Assembly (NCBI GenBank): GCA_963720465.1
Contig: OY970393.1
Coordinates: 704,001-768,000, forward strand
From: Methanobacteriota archaeon
Lineage (GTDB): Archaea > Halobacteriota > Bog-38 > Methanoflorentales > Methanoflorentaceae
Direction of reading: 5' to 3'
DNA: 64,000 bases
Shown: positions 11,108-21,495 of the stretch, piece after piece
Layout: each line of letters opens with the position of its first letter
Numbering within the stretch: the first letter of the stretch is position 1
The notes under the pieces: generated by a model
What the model saw: the letters and a program-made list of their open reading frames with translations, nothing else
Database searches by the model: none
What the model was told of the DNA's origin: nothing
Translations under genes and position numbers: made by a program

Positions 11108-11525
11108 GAAGTCCGCTCATAAAAAGCTTGCTCTGCCATTGCAGCGGCTGTTACGCTTTTTACCAGCTAAAGCGATCTTTATCGCTTTTCACAGTCCAAA
11201 GCGAAGCGCGTAGAGCATTCTCAAGTAAGTAGCAAAATATGAGCTGGGCGACCCAAGGAAAAGATTCGGAAATTATGTCCAATGTAAATATAAAGATTCT
11301 TAATCCGTTAATTTCCTGATGTAGATGTAGAGGTTCGTCGAATATGCAGAATACATCGCCTGAGATTCATCAGACAGCGTGCTTATGAATCCGCACTCAG
11401 AAAGTTCAAAAGTGGTCGATGGACAGGCGTAACGCCAATTTTGGTCAGCGCCGCGCTGACGTTATCGACGGAATTTAGAACGAATCGGAACGAAAATCGG
11501 CGCTGACCGCGTAGACGAAAGAAGT

Positions 11526-11744
11526 TCAGCGGCACCAGCAGCACCCGCACGTTCGCCGACCTCCGCTGAGCTCGTAGTCAGTGTACAGCGGGCAGCCCGG
11601 GCAATTACACCCTTGCATCTCTGGGTTTAATTCACTCGAGCTCATGGAGCAAAACACGCCACCCACGAGGCTGTTCTTGATAAACGTGAGACAGCTCTTG
11701 CAGATGCACTTTGCTTTTGTCTCTGCGTTCAAAGGAACTTTCAT
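11526..11744 (-). CDS. DUF2769-like Cys-rich small protein
   Basis: CICKSC..GVFC..GCNCPGCPLYTDYELSGG; GGAGGTGA Shine-Dalgarno upstream. Confidence 0.7.
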   Translation of the reverse strand: MKVPLNAETKAKCICKSCLTFIKNSLVGGVFCSMSSSELNPEMQGCNCPGCPLYTDYELSGGRRTCGCCWCR

Positions 11745-11814
11745 GTAGGAATCACCTCCGTCACGCTTTTCAAGCACACTGGATGCTATGGCCTAAAAAT
11801 TCTTTCGCATTTGC

Positions 11815-11997
11815 CACGTTTCGGGAGCACCAGAAGGGCTACGAGGCTGAGCCAGAAAAACCCGAAAGATAGGAATACGGTCATCCCGAACGTGTTCTTC
11901 TTCTTCTTCCACTCCACGATCCCTGCAATGACCTGAGCGAGACTCCGTAGAAGATTTCCATCCGAGGATCATCGAACCGAGGGCAAAGTACCCCGCT
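11815..11997 (-). pseudogene. Acetate transporter SatP/YaaH (GPR1/FUN34) internal fragment
   Basis: Manual translation with frameshifts: GYFALGSMILG..IFYG.LAQVIAGIVEWKKKNTFGMTVFLSFGFFWLSLVALLVLPK. Confidence 0.8.
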
Positions 11998-12060
11998 TGC
12001 TTAAGTTAAGAAGGACTGTCGTTATCCCGAGGCCGTGAGCCGAGAACACCGTGGCGGCTC

Positions 12061-12111
12061 CTCCTTACGGGCAGTGCTGCAAACTGCCGGGGTCGCGACT
12101 ATGGCTTCGGC
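12061..12111. repeat. Two-hairpin noncoding repeat, copy 1 (copy 2 at 54586-54639)
   Basis: CTCCTTACGGGCAGT..AACTGCCGG.GTC...TATG.CT.CGGC is shared by both copies. Confidence 0.75.
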
Positions 12112-12295
12112 TCCACTTTTATCCGCATGCGGCCGAACAATTGTCGGGTTGTCCGACGATTTGATCTTGTAGATGTGCACGAATAAACGCGGAAAATGAC
12201 AACCATCTGCTTTACAGGTTGGAAATTTTGACATACTTTCGGCTCGGTTAAGTAGTGGTAACGCCGATTACGCTTTTTGAAGAGATCTGTGACCT

Positions 12296-13171
12296 ATGCC
12301 GGTATTGAGCATAATTTCTTGTGGAATGCTAGAGGACGAGCTGACGCATGTACTTTCTGAAGACAAAGAACTGAATCATCTGATTTTAGTTGATGCAGTA
12401 GAAATTTATGGGCTCGCACGGAAGCTAAGAGCCCAAAATCGGCCGTTTCTTACAGCAGACCTAACTCAGATCCCGAATCTGTTGAAGAAACAGCACGACG
12501 CTACTTCATTTTCGCGCGTTCCTACGACGAGGACACGTATTGCGGACGCCGTGCGTCGACTCCGGCACGGAAGGAGTATGAGCGATGCTGTTGTCGCGAA
12601 CGTTCTCAAAATGGATCTGCACGGAAGTCCTGAACAACTAAAAAAAGAAGTATATAGAAACATCGAAATCATGTCCAGCTTCTCGGATGGGATCCTCGTG
12701 CTATATGGGCTGTGCGAGTCTCTCAGAGACCTCGAACGTGATTTTGCTGAATGCCGGCCCCCACTTTACTTCTTGGCTGATGAGTGTGGAACGAGGGTAG
12801 ACGACTGCATCGCACTAGCGCTTGGAGGGAACCAGTCCTTTTGGCAGACGTCAAGTATCCATAGTAATATCGTATTCTTCTCCACTCCGATGTGGGCATC
12901 GAACTGGCAGAGCCTGAGCGAGCATTCAAAGTTGGACCAAAAACTAACCCAAAGCGTAGAGAAAATGTTGAAACATGCACGTTTCAAATTGAGATTGAAA
13001 GTTGCTAAAGTATATACAGGTCTTCGATATGAGCCTAATTTTGACGAAAATACTCGTGACTATGCACGGCAGAAACAAATAAACGTCATTCAACTGAGGG
13101 GAAATACGGACATTGTGGAGAGATGCTACCAGAAAGCGAAAAGTAGCGTCCGTAAGAGGATAGCTGAATAA
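12296..13171 (+). CDS. DUF1638 domain protein
   Basis: SIISCGMLEDE, LHGSPEQLK, ILVLYGLC, VDDCIALALGG, FFSTPMWA. Confidence 0.85.
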   Translation: MPVLSIISCGMLEDELTHVLSEDKELNHLILVDAVEIYGLARKLRAQNRPFLTADLTQIPNLLKKQHDATSFSRVPTTRTRIADAVRRLRHGRSMSDAVVANVLKMDLHGSPEQLKKEVYRNIEIMSSFSDGILVLYGLCESLRDLERDFAECRPPLYFLADECGTRVDDCIALALGGNQSFWQTSSIHSNIVFFSTPMWASNWQSLSEHSKLDQKLTQSVEKMLKHARFKLRLKVAKVYTGLRYEPNFDENTRDYARQKQINVIQLRGNTDIVERCYQKAKSSVRKRIAE

Positions 13172-13259
13172 AAGAGAGTTTAAGCTTTAACACGGTTTCT
13201 AAAACTCATTGGTCTTGTGTCGTCAGCGCGGCGGTTCTGGGCCATGATTTGGCCCGTTG

Positions 13260-13680
13260 TCAGACTGTTTCCCACAAGCGGTTTTCCTCACCCGGGTCAA
13301 AGATGAAATCCGTTAGTCGAAACGCTTTTCCTCCTTTAATATCGATTACAGTTACGCCACTATTTTTGCCCGCTCGTCCGTCGCGATTTGTAAGTTGAAC
13401 GTCCCAATGTATAGCAGCTGTATTGGTTCTCAAACCAAAGATGCTCTTGACATAGATGTCTTTAATATCGAAGTGAATACTCTGGAATTGGTCGAACCAC
13501 TGCCTGAGCCATCCTTCGATAGCAGCCTTTCCCTTGAAAGTGCCACTTCCCGGTACTTCGCCGGGATAGATTACCGTCGCGTCATCTCGGTAGGATGACA
13601 TAACCTTGGGCAAGTTATGTTGATTCATGGATTCGAAACTTTCTTTTATCGTTTTTTTTGATTATCAATCCTGCAATCAT
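13260..13680 (-). pseudogene. SnoaL/NTF2-like protein; 5' end out of frame at a homopolymer run
   Basis: DDATVIYPG..GTFKGKAAIEGWL..NSGVTVIDIKGGK. The start MIAGLIIKK at 13680 is shifted at an A8 run, possibly a sequencing error. Confidence 0.75.
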
Positions 13681-13851
13681 TATCTCTCCTTTCAAACTAA
13701 CGGATGACGTTAGTTTTTTGAAACTGGTAAATATTCGCTCTTTTTTAATAAAACTTGCTGTAACGGAGCGGTGTACGTCAACGCAGCGCAATCATCACTT
13801 TCTTGCTACTTTTTGCGAACATTATTGGACCTCGTCGCTATCTGGACCTAT

Positions 13852-13962
13852 GTGAACAACGACTGCACAGAAATCGCAGAGCTGTTGCTGCAGCTAGCGG
13901 ACTACAAAAACGACTTTGCCGACATGGCCGCCGGGCACTGCTTAAAAGTCACACGTTCATAG
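13852..13962 (+). pseudogene. Fragment paralogous to 38290-38547
   Basis: VNNDCTEIAELLLQLADYKNDFADMAA vs MNNDCIEVDELILEIADFKNDYADMAA. Confidence 0.75.
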
Positions 13963-14012
13963 CGATAGCAACCGCCGTTTTTAACAATTTGAAAAAAAAG
14001 AGATGCAGGTCA

Positions 14013-14330
14013 CTAGGCCTGCATCGCCGCAGCTGCCTTCTTTCCAGCTTCCATCGACTGGTCGACGCTGAGTATGGGGAAAACTTCAAACTCTATGAGC
14101 GGCATCCGCGTGAGCAAGATTGCGAAAATCTCTGATTCGCTTAACTCGCTAATCGCGTAGCCTTCCCGTCCGTTGCTGAACTGCCCCCAGTCAGTATATT
14201 TGCCCGCGCTCAAGTCAGCCTTTATCATTTCGAGAAATCGCGACATGAGCTTCACAACCTCTTGCGGTGTATCGGGGGCTTTCGCGGTGTTTACCCACCA
14301 CTTAATAAAGAATTTGGTCATATCTTTCAC
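14013..14330 (-). CDS. DUF3303/GYD-like small ferredoxin-fold protein
   Basis: KFFIKW..DWGQFSNGREGYAISE..IEFEVFPILS; AGGAGGTGA Shine-Dalgarno. Confidence 0.7.
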   Translation of the reverse strand: MKDMTKFFIKWWVNTAKAPDTPQEVVKLMSRFLEMIKADLSAGKYTDWGQFSNGREGYAISELSESEIFAILLTRMPLIEFEVFPILSVDQSMEAGKKAAAAMQA

Positions 14331-14470
14331 CTCCTTTCGCGTTGGCGGCGGTGGTAGTGACCGCCGTTTTTTTCTAAAACATGTAAAAAGGCACTCTAAG
14401 GAAATAAATGTTGTTGTTACAGGCGCTTGTCACGGCGATATGCAAACGTGCCGTTTTAGCTTAGAGGCGT

Positions 14471-14502
14471 AAAAAAAGAAAAAGGAAGCGTGAACGCTTC
14501 CT
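14471..14502 (-). terminator. Hairpin plus U-tract terminator of the 14517-14849 gene
   Basis: Inverted repeat AGGAAGCGT/ACGCTTCCT, followed on the minus strand by TTTTCTTTTTTT. Confidence 0.65.
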
Positions 14503-14516
14503 AGGTTTACCCAGAC

Positions 14517-14849
14517 CTACCGCTTCATCGCTGCCATCTGCTCTGCTTGGGCTTTGAGAACCTGCCGTGCGATTGCCTTTCCTGTCTCGTAGTCTATGAT
14601 TTCGTGCACTTCAAGCAGAATCCACGGGAAGTCCGCGAACGCCGTTATGAACACGTCTTTGACTTCGCCACTGAAAATTGCGTATCCTGAGGTTCCGTTT
14701 GGAAAAAGGCCAAACTCAAGTACGAGGCCACTCTTTATTTTTTTGTCCACCTCTGCGAACACCATCTCAAACCACTGCGTAGCGGCAGCAGGGTCCGTCG
14801 GCCACGGCCCGCTCGGGTTGAATCGCCAAAGGCCCATATACTTCGCCAT
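14517..14849 (-). CDS. DUF3303/GYD-like small protein
   Basis: KYMGLW..EFGLFPNGTSGYAI; paralog of 14013-14330. Confidence 0.7.
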   Translation of the reverse strand: MAKYMGLWRFNPSGPWPTDPAAATQWFEMVFAEVDKKIKSGLVLEFGLFPNGTSGYAIFSGEVKDVFITAFADFPWILLEVHEIIDYETGKAIARQVLKAQAEQMAAMKR

Positions 14850-14933
14850 ATTTTTTACCTCGTTTTATGTTGGCGACTGACAGTCAGCGCCGCCTTTTGA
14901 CGGTTCATTCCGTCATGAGAAAGATACAAGCCA

Positions 14934-15257
14934 TTAGGCCTGCACCAGCACCTGTGCCAATTCTTCCCTTGTTATGCACGGCCACAAGTCCCAATCGTAC
15001 ATATCGAGCACTTTCTTCATCGGCGGTTCCATACAGTATGCCATTAACGCCTCAAAATTTGGAGCATCGTACACGATAACTTGAAAGTGCTTGGGATGCA
15101 CAGTCCACGAACCCACTATTTTGATTCCGTGCTTCTTTGCGAGGTCTTCCATCTGGGGCATGCCTTCGAGCACCGCTTTCCTGTAGTACTCGTTGTGCGC
15201 GGCACATTCTGCTGCACCGTGTCTAATAATCGACAAAAATAACGCCATTTCGTTCAC
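14934..15257 (-). CDS. GYD-like small protein
   Basis: LFLSIIRH..ECA..GIKIVGSWTVHPKH..VYDAPNFE; shares an upstream leader with the 14330 gene. Confidence 0.7.
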   Translation of the reverse strand: MNEMALFLSIIRHGAAECAAHNEYYRKAVLEGMPQMEDLAKKHGIKIVGSWTVHPKHFQVIVYDAPNFEALMAYCMEPPMKKVLDMYDWDLWPCITREELAQVLVQA

Positions 15258-15599
15258 CTCCTTTCGCGTTGGCGGCGGTAGTTTCCGCCGTTTTTCTAAA
15301 GCGCATAAAAGGGTACTCTAGGGGTATAAGTGTTGGTGTAACAAGCTCTCGTCACGCCGACCGCCCTCAACGCCGCCGCCTCCACGGCAAGCGTTAATGC
15401 CACTAAGAACTTCACCGTCAAAGCCTATGAGCAGTCTTGAGGTAACTCTCCTTGAGTGCGGCCATTGACCTGTTGAAGTTTGCTTAACGCTCTTAGCGGT
15501 GAATAACGGGCATTTAGAGGCTAATATGGCAATCGGAAAAATGCGATTATGCTATAAAGTCATGTGTTCATGTAAGAAATACCGACCAGGAGGGAGAAC

Positions 15600-15851
15600 A
15601 TGATTCAAAATGGACTAATCTTAACTGGGACCGATGCGGAGATACTGAGCCAGGCACTTTTAGAAATGAAAACAAAAGCCTATGCCGAGTCCGAGACTAG
15701 TCTAGACGATACCCAAGCGCTTACAGCGCTCGTCTCGTGTGCGGAGAAAGGAGGGCAAGAGAAGGAAGAGCATCACCCGTATCGTAACCTCCTAAGCAAG
15801 CGCCTCGTCTTAGGCACTCTTGTCGGCAGGGCTAGCGCGGAAGAAAAATGA
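15600..15851 (+). CDS. Hypothetical protein; paralog of 39702-39863
   Basis: GGAGGGAG Shine-Dalgarno; LILTGTDAEILSQALLEMKTK..SLDDTQAL. Confidence 0.6.
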   Translation: MIQNGLILTGTDAEILSQALLEMKTKAYAESETSLDDTQALTALVSCAEKGGQEKEEHHPYRNLLSKRLVLGTLVGRASAEEK

Positions 15852-16018
15852 TGCGTTGAACCGGCTAGCAGCTTCGATACTATATAGTATAGCCTAGCAT
15901 TTCAGCGAGTGACCGGAAGGCCCCCGTAGCTCTTATTTCATGCTTCAAATTGACAAACCACACGCACCAATAAGCCCGTTCAAGTGTGAACCCGTTTACC
16001 TAATCGTTTACCCCGGTT

Positions 16019-16144
16019 TCACGGCCCTAAGGACTGCTCACCAAGCAACCCCTCGACCTTCTCTCGCAGCACGTTAGACGTGACAAGTCGAATCCGCCCT
16101 TGACGCCCTTTATAGAGTTTCTTTGAGTTGACGAGTCCCAGCAT
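16019..16144 (-). pseudogene. Cdc6/Orc1-like winged-helix C-terminal remnant
   Basis: Manual translation MLGLVNSKKLYKGRQGRIRLVTSNV resembles the Cdc6 motif MLGxxNxxxxSKGRxGRT. Confidence 0.55.
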
Positions 16145-16531
16145 TGGGGGTTAGCCGTCTGTGCTCAGAAACCTAAAGCTGCATCGGTAATCAGAAGAGA
16201 AAAAGGAATAGTCGAGTTTATACATTCAGAAATAAGCACCAAATTTTTAACATCAAATTATTGCTTCGCTACGATACGATTCCCGTTTTTCGGAAGGGTC
16301 TAAGCCGCAGCACCGTCCGTTATTTTTTCGCCTTTTTTGTGGGTGGAAAATTAACCTAGTTGTGGAAAATGCCGCGATGAATCTTCACAGTGACATAAAA
16401 TAAGCCCGCGGCGCGGACCTTTGAAGGGGGCGCGCACGGGAATAAGATGCGCTTAACTCAAGTAGGATAAGAAAAGTCTCGATATCGAAGGTAGCAAGCC
16501 CGGACGGGCCGCATCACCAGGGCACCGGGGC

Positions 16532-16654
16532 TTACTTCTTGCGTGGCTTCCTCTTTTTGGCGCGCTGCTTCTTCAATAAGAACTCATCGACTGACATAGT
16601 GCCAGTTAGCGGCTTAACGGTTGTCGGTTTCAGCGTATCTTTAGCTTTAGCCAT
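16532..16654 (-). CDS. 40-aa basic microprotein
   Basis: MAKAKDTLKPTTVKPLTGTMSVDEFLLKKQRAKKRKPRKK; below the ORF-track length cutoff. Confidence 0.4.
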   Translation of the reverse strand: MAKAKDTLKPTTVKPLTGTMSVDEFLLKKQRAKKRKPRKK

Positions 16655-16834
16655 TGAAAAAGGGGTTTCTATGCTACCCTTCTTTTTTCCGGAAATGCTG
16701 CCTCGGCACAATTCAGCGCCTCATTGACTGCTTCATCCTGGGTTACTAGTTGCTCACGCTGACCAATCAGGTTTGCGACATACTTCTTGAAACGGTCGCG
16801 CGTTCGTTTGCGTCTGCTCGTTTCTTAAGCCAAT

Positions 16835-17077
16835 TCAGCTTACGACGTTTTGCATAGCTAGTTTAACGAGCGCGACCAGCAGTGCTATAGGCGTGCCTAT
16901 TGGAATCTGTGTAGGGTTAAGCTTGCTTTGCCAGAACTTGTAAATGGCTGCGATTATGAAGCCCACACCGCCTTGATTGGCTGAGTTACTCGCTTGACGG
17001 GCCGATACGACGGACGTTAGGGACATCGTGCTCACGAGGACTGCACACAAAACCAGCGCAACTAGTGTCTTTCGCAT
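16835..17077 (-). CDS. Small secreted/membrane protein
   Basis: Signal peptide MRKTLVALVLCAVLVS; GAGGAGG Shine-Dalgarno. Confidence 0.6.
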   Translation of the reverse strand: MRKTLVALVLCAVLVSTMSLTSVVSARQASNSANQGGVGFIIAAIYKFWQSKLNPTQIPIGTPIALLVALVKLAMQNVVS

Positions 17078-17199
17078 TGCGTTTCAACCTCCTCATTAGT
17101 TCGGTGATGCAAGACGTGGACGATGGCTTAATGGTTCCCATTTGGCTGCGCGGTGATGTGCTGCGATGCACGGCCTATGTATAAACGACTGACCCGCGG

Positions 17200-17352
17200 C
17201 TATTCTTTATACGCCATTTCGAGAAGCGCCCTCACTACGTCCTCTTGGGTCTGGACTTTCCCCCTCTTGGCGCTCAATGTGGCGCGGTACTCTTCGAAAT
17301 CAGCATGCGTCTTCTTGCTTACGCTTATGGTAGCTCGGTCGCCGCGTTTCAT
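17200..17352 (-). CDS. Ribbon-helix-helix DNA-binding protein (50 aa)
   Basis: MKRGDRATISVSKKTHADFEEYRATLSAKRGKVQTQEDVVRALLEMAYKE shows the RHH pattern; divergent from the N-domain ORF. Confidence 0.7.
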   Translation of the reverse strand: MKRGDRATISVSKKTHADFEEYRATLSAKRGKVQTQEDVVRALLEMAYKE

Positions 17353-17420
17353 CTAAGGTTCATACAATTCATAATTGACAAATAGTTTGCTGGTTTCTAG
17401 CATAGCGGAGATGAATCAAA

Positions 17421-18560
17421 ATGGTAACCAGCACATCATCTGATTTCAGCCAACTACCCGTCTTGCAGGAAATCTACCAAGGTACAATCAGGGCGCACCA
17501 CGCAAAGGCGGGATACGACTACCCGACAATCCGCCTTCCGTTCACGTTCTCAGGGCTTATAGGGCTGCCGACGTGCATCTACCAAAGCGTTCACGAAGGG
17601 GCGCTTGCGTTCCTTGTCGTTATCTCATCGGGTTCTCGACGCGGACGCGACAACTCAGTTTCAAACGCTGACCAACGCCTTCACACGGCGGAGGTCGGGA
17701 GTTCAAATCTCCCCGGGCCCATCTTATTTTACCAATCGGACGCGGTAATGATGGCGGACGACGAAGAAGAAAAGTTGCCAACTTCCAAAAAGTTGCCAAC
17801 TTCTGAAGGCGGCGAAGAAACAAGGCAGAAGGAAAACCCGAAACAGTCATCGTCGATTATGGCGGCGGGATTATCGTTCATCACAGACTGCCCGACGGGA
17901 GTCTCGATGTAGGCCATGAATTTGACGATGCCGAGCTGGTTCCAGACGGAGCCATTCCCGATGAAGACGAGCGGTGCATAAAGACGGTCGACATTGACAC
18001 GTTAATAGCCATTCAAGATATTTTAGAGGCAGATAAAAAACCAATTTTCGGCGATGAGGGCGATGCAAAACCGCGTGCGAGCGGCACTTCAGGCGAGTTC
18101 ATACTTCACTTCTTTCAATCTGAACTGACCAATTTCGTGGCGGGTCGAAAAGTTGGCCTCGCTAAAAAGTCTACGGACTGGATTGACCGGGCATCAAACT
18201 TGCTGTGGGAATCGACAAAAGGCGAGGTATCGAGCCGCACGCTAACAGCACTGCGTGAACAAGTTCTTGCTAAATACAAATCTGCAGATTCACATTCTAA
18301 AGTCCTCAACTTCGCTGTTAGCTTTCTAAAGTTTTTGGCGAAAACAAAAATGGAGCCGCGATACGCATCCTTCGACGCATACTTGGAAATGCCCAAAGCG
18401 GTGAAAGAGCGGAAAAGCATAACGAGCCGAATCGTCACGAAAGACGACATCGAAAACATTCAGATATATCAAACAGGCTGAAAATAAGGGAAAAATTGAC
18501 TCTAAACGGTCAGCTCAGTATTCAGCTTTTATCACTTTGGCGCATTCACCGGTCAGCAGT
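17421..18560 (+). mobile_element. Split-type integrase module C: N-domain, att (17676-17721) and truncated tyrosine recombinase
   Basis: AHHAKAGYDYPTIRLP N-domain reads in frame through the tRNA-Val 3' half (HTAEVGSSNLPGPI). Then GLAKKSTDWIDRA..KERKSITSRIVTKDD..GAFTGQ, truncated. Confidence 0.85.
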
Positions 18561-18948
18561 TTAGCGGAGTGAAAAACAGATCGGCGCGCGGGCGCCGTCG
18601 ACCCCTTCCACTTTAAGCAGCACTCTTTCCGTCAACAAATCGTAGTTTCATTTTTCTTGCGATAGTAATCTGCCCGCTTCTGTTCATTGCCACAAACAAG
18701 CATTTCAGGAAGAAGTTTACGACACAAATACTGCCCTTCTGCTCGCACGGCACGAGCCTCTTTCCGGCATCGAAGCCCGTGAAGGCCAACGTGTCTTCGA
18801 TATCTTCGCACGCCTTCTGGCTCTTATTTCAAGTATGGAATCGTGCGCCACTCTTTGTTGACGATGAGGAGCCAGCATCATCCTAATCAGTCAAGAGGAG
18901 GCGACCGACACTCATATATATTTAAACGTTCCTCTAGCGTGACTACGT

Positions 18949-19512
18949 ATGAGCATACTCGACTGGATCATTATCGCGATCATTATCGTTATTATCATCA
19001 TTGTCCTCCTCTGGGCAGTGCGGAGCTACAATCGGTTTGTAAGGCTCAAAAAAGCGTCTGAAACAACCCTCGCCCAGACCCAGGTCGCCATGAAAAAGCG
19101 GCTCGACCTGATAGGCGAGCTAGTCGACGTGGTCAAGAGCTACGCGCAGTTCGAAAAGGACACCCTCACCAAGGTCACGGAAATGCGCGCGAGCGTCGGG
19201 AACGCAGCGCCAAGCGACCTCAACAAGGTCGAAGCCGAGACCCGACCGATGTTAGGCAATTTGTTTGCTGTTGCCGAGAACTACCCTGACCTCAAAACCT
19301 CGACGGAGGTTACGAACCTTATGGGAGCGGTGCGCACGAACGAGGACGACATCGCCCGCCAGCGCTACACGTTCAACAACATCGCTCAAGAGTTCAACAC
19401 CAGGCGCGAAACTATCCCGTCGAGCCTCATCGGCCGGTTGATGCATCTCGCGCCGATCGATTATCTCAAATTCGAAGAAGCGATCGAAACCCCGCCGACC
19501 ACAACATTCTAG
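18949..19512 (+). CDS. lemA: LemA family protein
   Basis: N-terminal TM, YNRFVRL, KKRLDLI, AVAENYPDLK, RYTFN. Confidence 0.93.
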   Translation: MSILDWIIIAIIIVIIIIVLLWAVRSYNRFVRLKKASETTLAQTQVAMKKRLDLIGELVDVVKSYAQFEKDTLTKVTEMRASVGNAAPSDLNKVEAETRPMLGNLFAVAENYPDLKTSTEVTNLMGAVRTNEDDIARQRYTFNNIAQEFNTRRETIPSSLIGRLMHLAPIDYLKFEEAIETPPTTTF

Positions 19513-19521
19513 GAGGGTTCC

Positions 19522-21342
19522 ATGAGCGAAACGCGGCAACTCGCCACTATCGTCGGGATAGGCCTTGTCCTTGCCATTATAGCGCTCATTATCGTTAGTG
19601 TAGCGGGCCCCGCCACCGCCGGGAGCCTGTCCGTGAGCAACTATGACGCGACACTGACGGCGAACGGAACGCTCACCGAGAAGATCACGTACAACGTCGC
19701 GGCCAGCGACACTTACCGCTCACTCAACCGCTGGTGGGAGGCGCCGGTTACGAACAACAGCTCGCAGCCGTACATCCGGCTGACGTCCATCGCGCCGGCG
19801 GCCGGCACGGAAGCGTACCTCGTGAACGCCAGCGGCCACGTTACTGTATGGGCGAACGATTACAATGCGTTATCTGCGATTGAGAGCAATGCCAATAACA
19901 ATGAGGCGGGAATGTACAACGGGAACTACTACGACGCCGGCCTGTACACGGGCACCTACACGTGGGTCGTCCACCCGCCGCTCGAGTACGACGCTGCGGC
20001 AAACCTGACGCACCTCGACCTGCTCCTTGCTGGCGACTCACACGTCACGTACGATAACGTCAGAATCACGATTCCCGCAAACAACATCACGTGGGTGTAC
20101 GCATACCCGCCTACGCTTTACACCGAAAAGGTCAACGACACATACGTCATTACCGGCAGTTTAGCAGCAAACGAAAACCTCGCAGTCGAGGAGCTCGGAA
20201 CACCCGCCGCGTTCAGCCAGCTTAACGGCTTTCAGACGAATGTGTCCAACGTGCAGGGACTGACAGCGGCCGCGGCGTCCCAATATGACTCCGTCTATTC
20301 CTTGGCAAACATCCTCAACGAACTGGGCAGAATTGCGGTCATCGCAGTCCCGCTCCTATTAGTCGCGCTCTACGTGGGCTTCAGTCGGGAAAAGTCGTTT
20401 ACCGTGCCCGACTACCTGAGCACGATGCCGGAAATGACGCTCAAGCCGTGGCAGGTAAACCTCCTATTCAAGGCTGATCCGCTCGATTTCGACAAGGACG
20501 GGTACTACGCCACGCTCCTCGAGCTGCACCGGCGCAAGGTCATTGAAATCTCGGGAGAAGGCGCAAACATAAAAATCCGGATCCTCTCCCGTGACGTCTC
20601 AGATCCATACGAGCAGCGTGTACTCGCGTTTATTGATGCGATCTCTGCAGATGGCTTCCTTGACTCCGAATATATCACAAGCGTTCAGCAGCAGGCGTTG
20701 ACCGACGAGAGCGCTAAAAATACCGCCGCCTCGTGGAGGAAATCGATCAACGAGGTGACAAATACAGTCGATCCGTCAATCGCGCGTGACTACGTCACCT
20801 CAGGCAAACGCAGGTTTCGGCTTCCGTTGCTGATCAGTGGCGCGCTCGGCGTCTTTTCGATCCTTTTTTACGTTTCTTACCCGGACGTGCAGTACATCTT
20901 AGGCGCAGCCGCGATCTTCTGGATCGTCGTCTTCGTACAGTTCCTCGTCGCGCGCTTTGCCCCGTCAACGCTCTTCGGGCGCTGGAAAGGCGATCATTAC
21001 AAGGAGAAGCTCGAGTGGGATTCGTTCAACCACTTCCTCAAGGACATGGCGAAAATTGGCAAGTCCCCGCCCAAGGACGTGTCGATATGGGGCGACTGGC
21101 TCATCTACGGAACCGCGCTGGGCGATGGCCAAGCGGTGGAAGAGGCGATGCAGAAGTTTAACGTCAAGCTGGTAGATGCTGGAATGCCGGACAGGATGTG
21201 GAGTATGAACACGGCAATGGACACGACATTCTATACTATGATGACCTTTGGCGGCGACTCCGGCGGCGACTCCGGCGGCGGCTCCAGCGACGACTTCGGC
21301 GGCGACAGCGGCTTCGGCGGCGGCGGAGCGGGGGGATGGTAA
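19522..21342 (+). CDS. DUF2207 membrane protein
   Basis: Follows lemA; TM helices, WGDWLIYGTALG, Gly-rich tail GFGGGGAGGW. Confidence 0.88.
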   Translation: MSETRQLATIVGIGLVLAIIALIIVSVAGPATAGSLSVSNYDATLTANGTLTEKITYNVAASDTYRSLNRWWEAPVTNNSSQPYIRLTSIAPAAGTEAYLVNASGHVTVWANDYNALSAIESNANNNEAGMYNGNYYDAGLYTGTYTWVVHPPLEYDAAANLTHLDLLLAGDSHVTYDNVRITIPANNITWVYAYPPTLYTEKVNDTYVITGSLAANENLAVEELGTPAAFSQLNGFQTNVSNVQGLTAAAASQYDSVYSLANILNELGRIAVIAVPLLLVALYVGFSREKSFTVPDYLSTMPEMTLKPWQVNLLFKADPLDFDKDGYYATLLELHRRKVIEISGEGANIKIRILSRDVSDPYEQRVLAFIDAISADGFLDSEYITSVQQQALTDESAKNTAASWRKSINEVTNTVDPSIARDYVTSGKRRFRLPLLISGALGVFSILFYVSYPDVQYILGAAAIFWIVVFVQFLVARFAPSTLFGRWKGDHYKEKLEWDSFNHFLKDMAKIGKSPPKDVSIWGDWLIYGTALGDGQAVEEAMQKFNVKLVDAGMPDRMWSMNTAMDTTFYTMMTFGGDSGGDSGGGSSDDFGGDSGFGGGGAGGW

Positions 21343-21495
21343 GCCCATTGAGCGGCGTGTTATGGGAGTCATCGCCCGTTTCAGACGGAGGTCACATCAA
21401 GCGCCCTGTTAGAGCAGTGGCTGCTCATTTAGATAAAACGGCGATTATTGTAGTAGGTCTGTACTCGCTATATACGAATTATTCCCTTTGTTAGG

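Noticed and set aside
12108-12135. Twister ribozyme (minus strand CGGATAAAAGTGGAG)
   Set aside because: The remaining twister core elements are absent, and the motif is not kept in the second repeat copy.
21250-21340. GGCGGCGACTCC tandem repeat as a separate element
   Set aside because: It encodes the usual Gly-rich tail of DUF2207 proteins.
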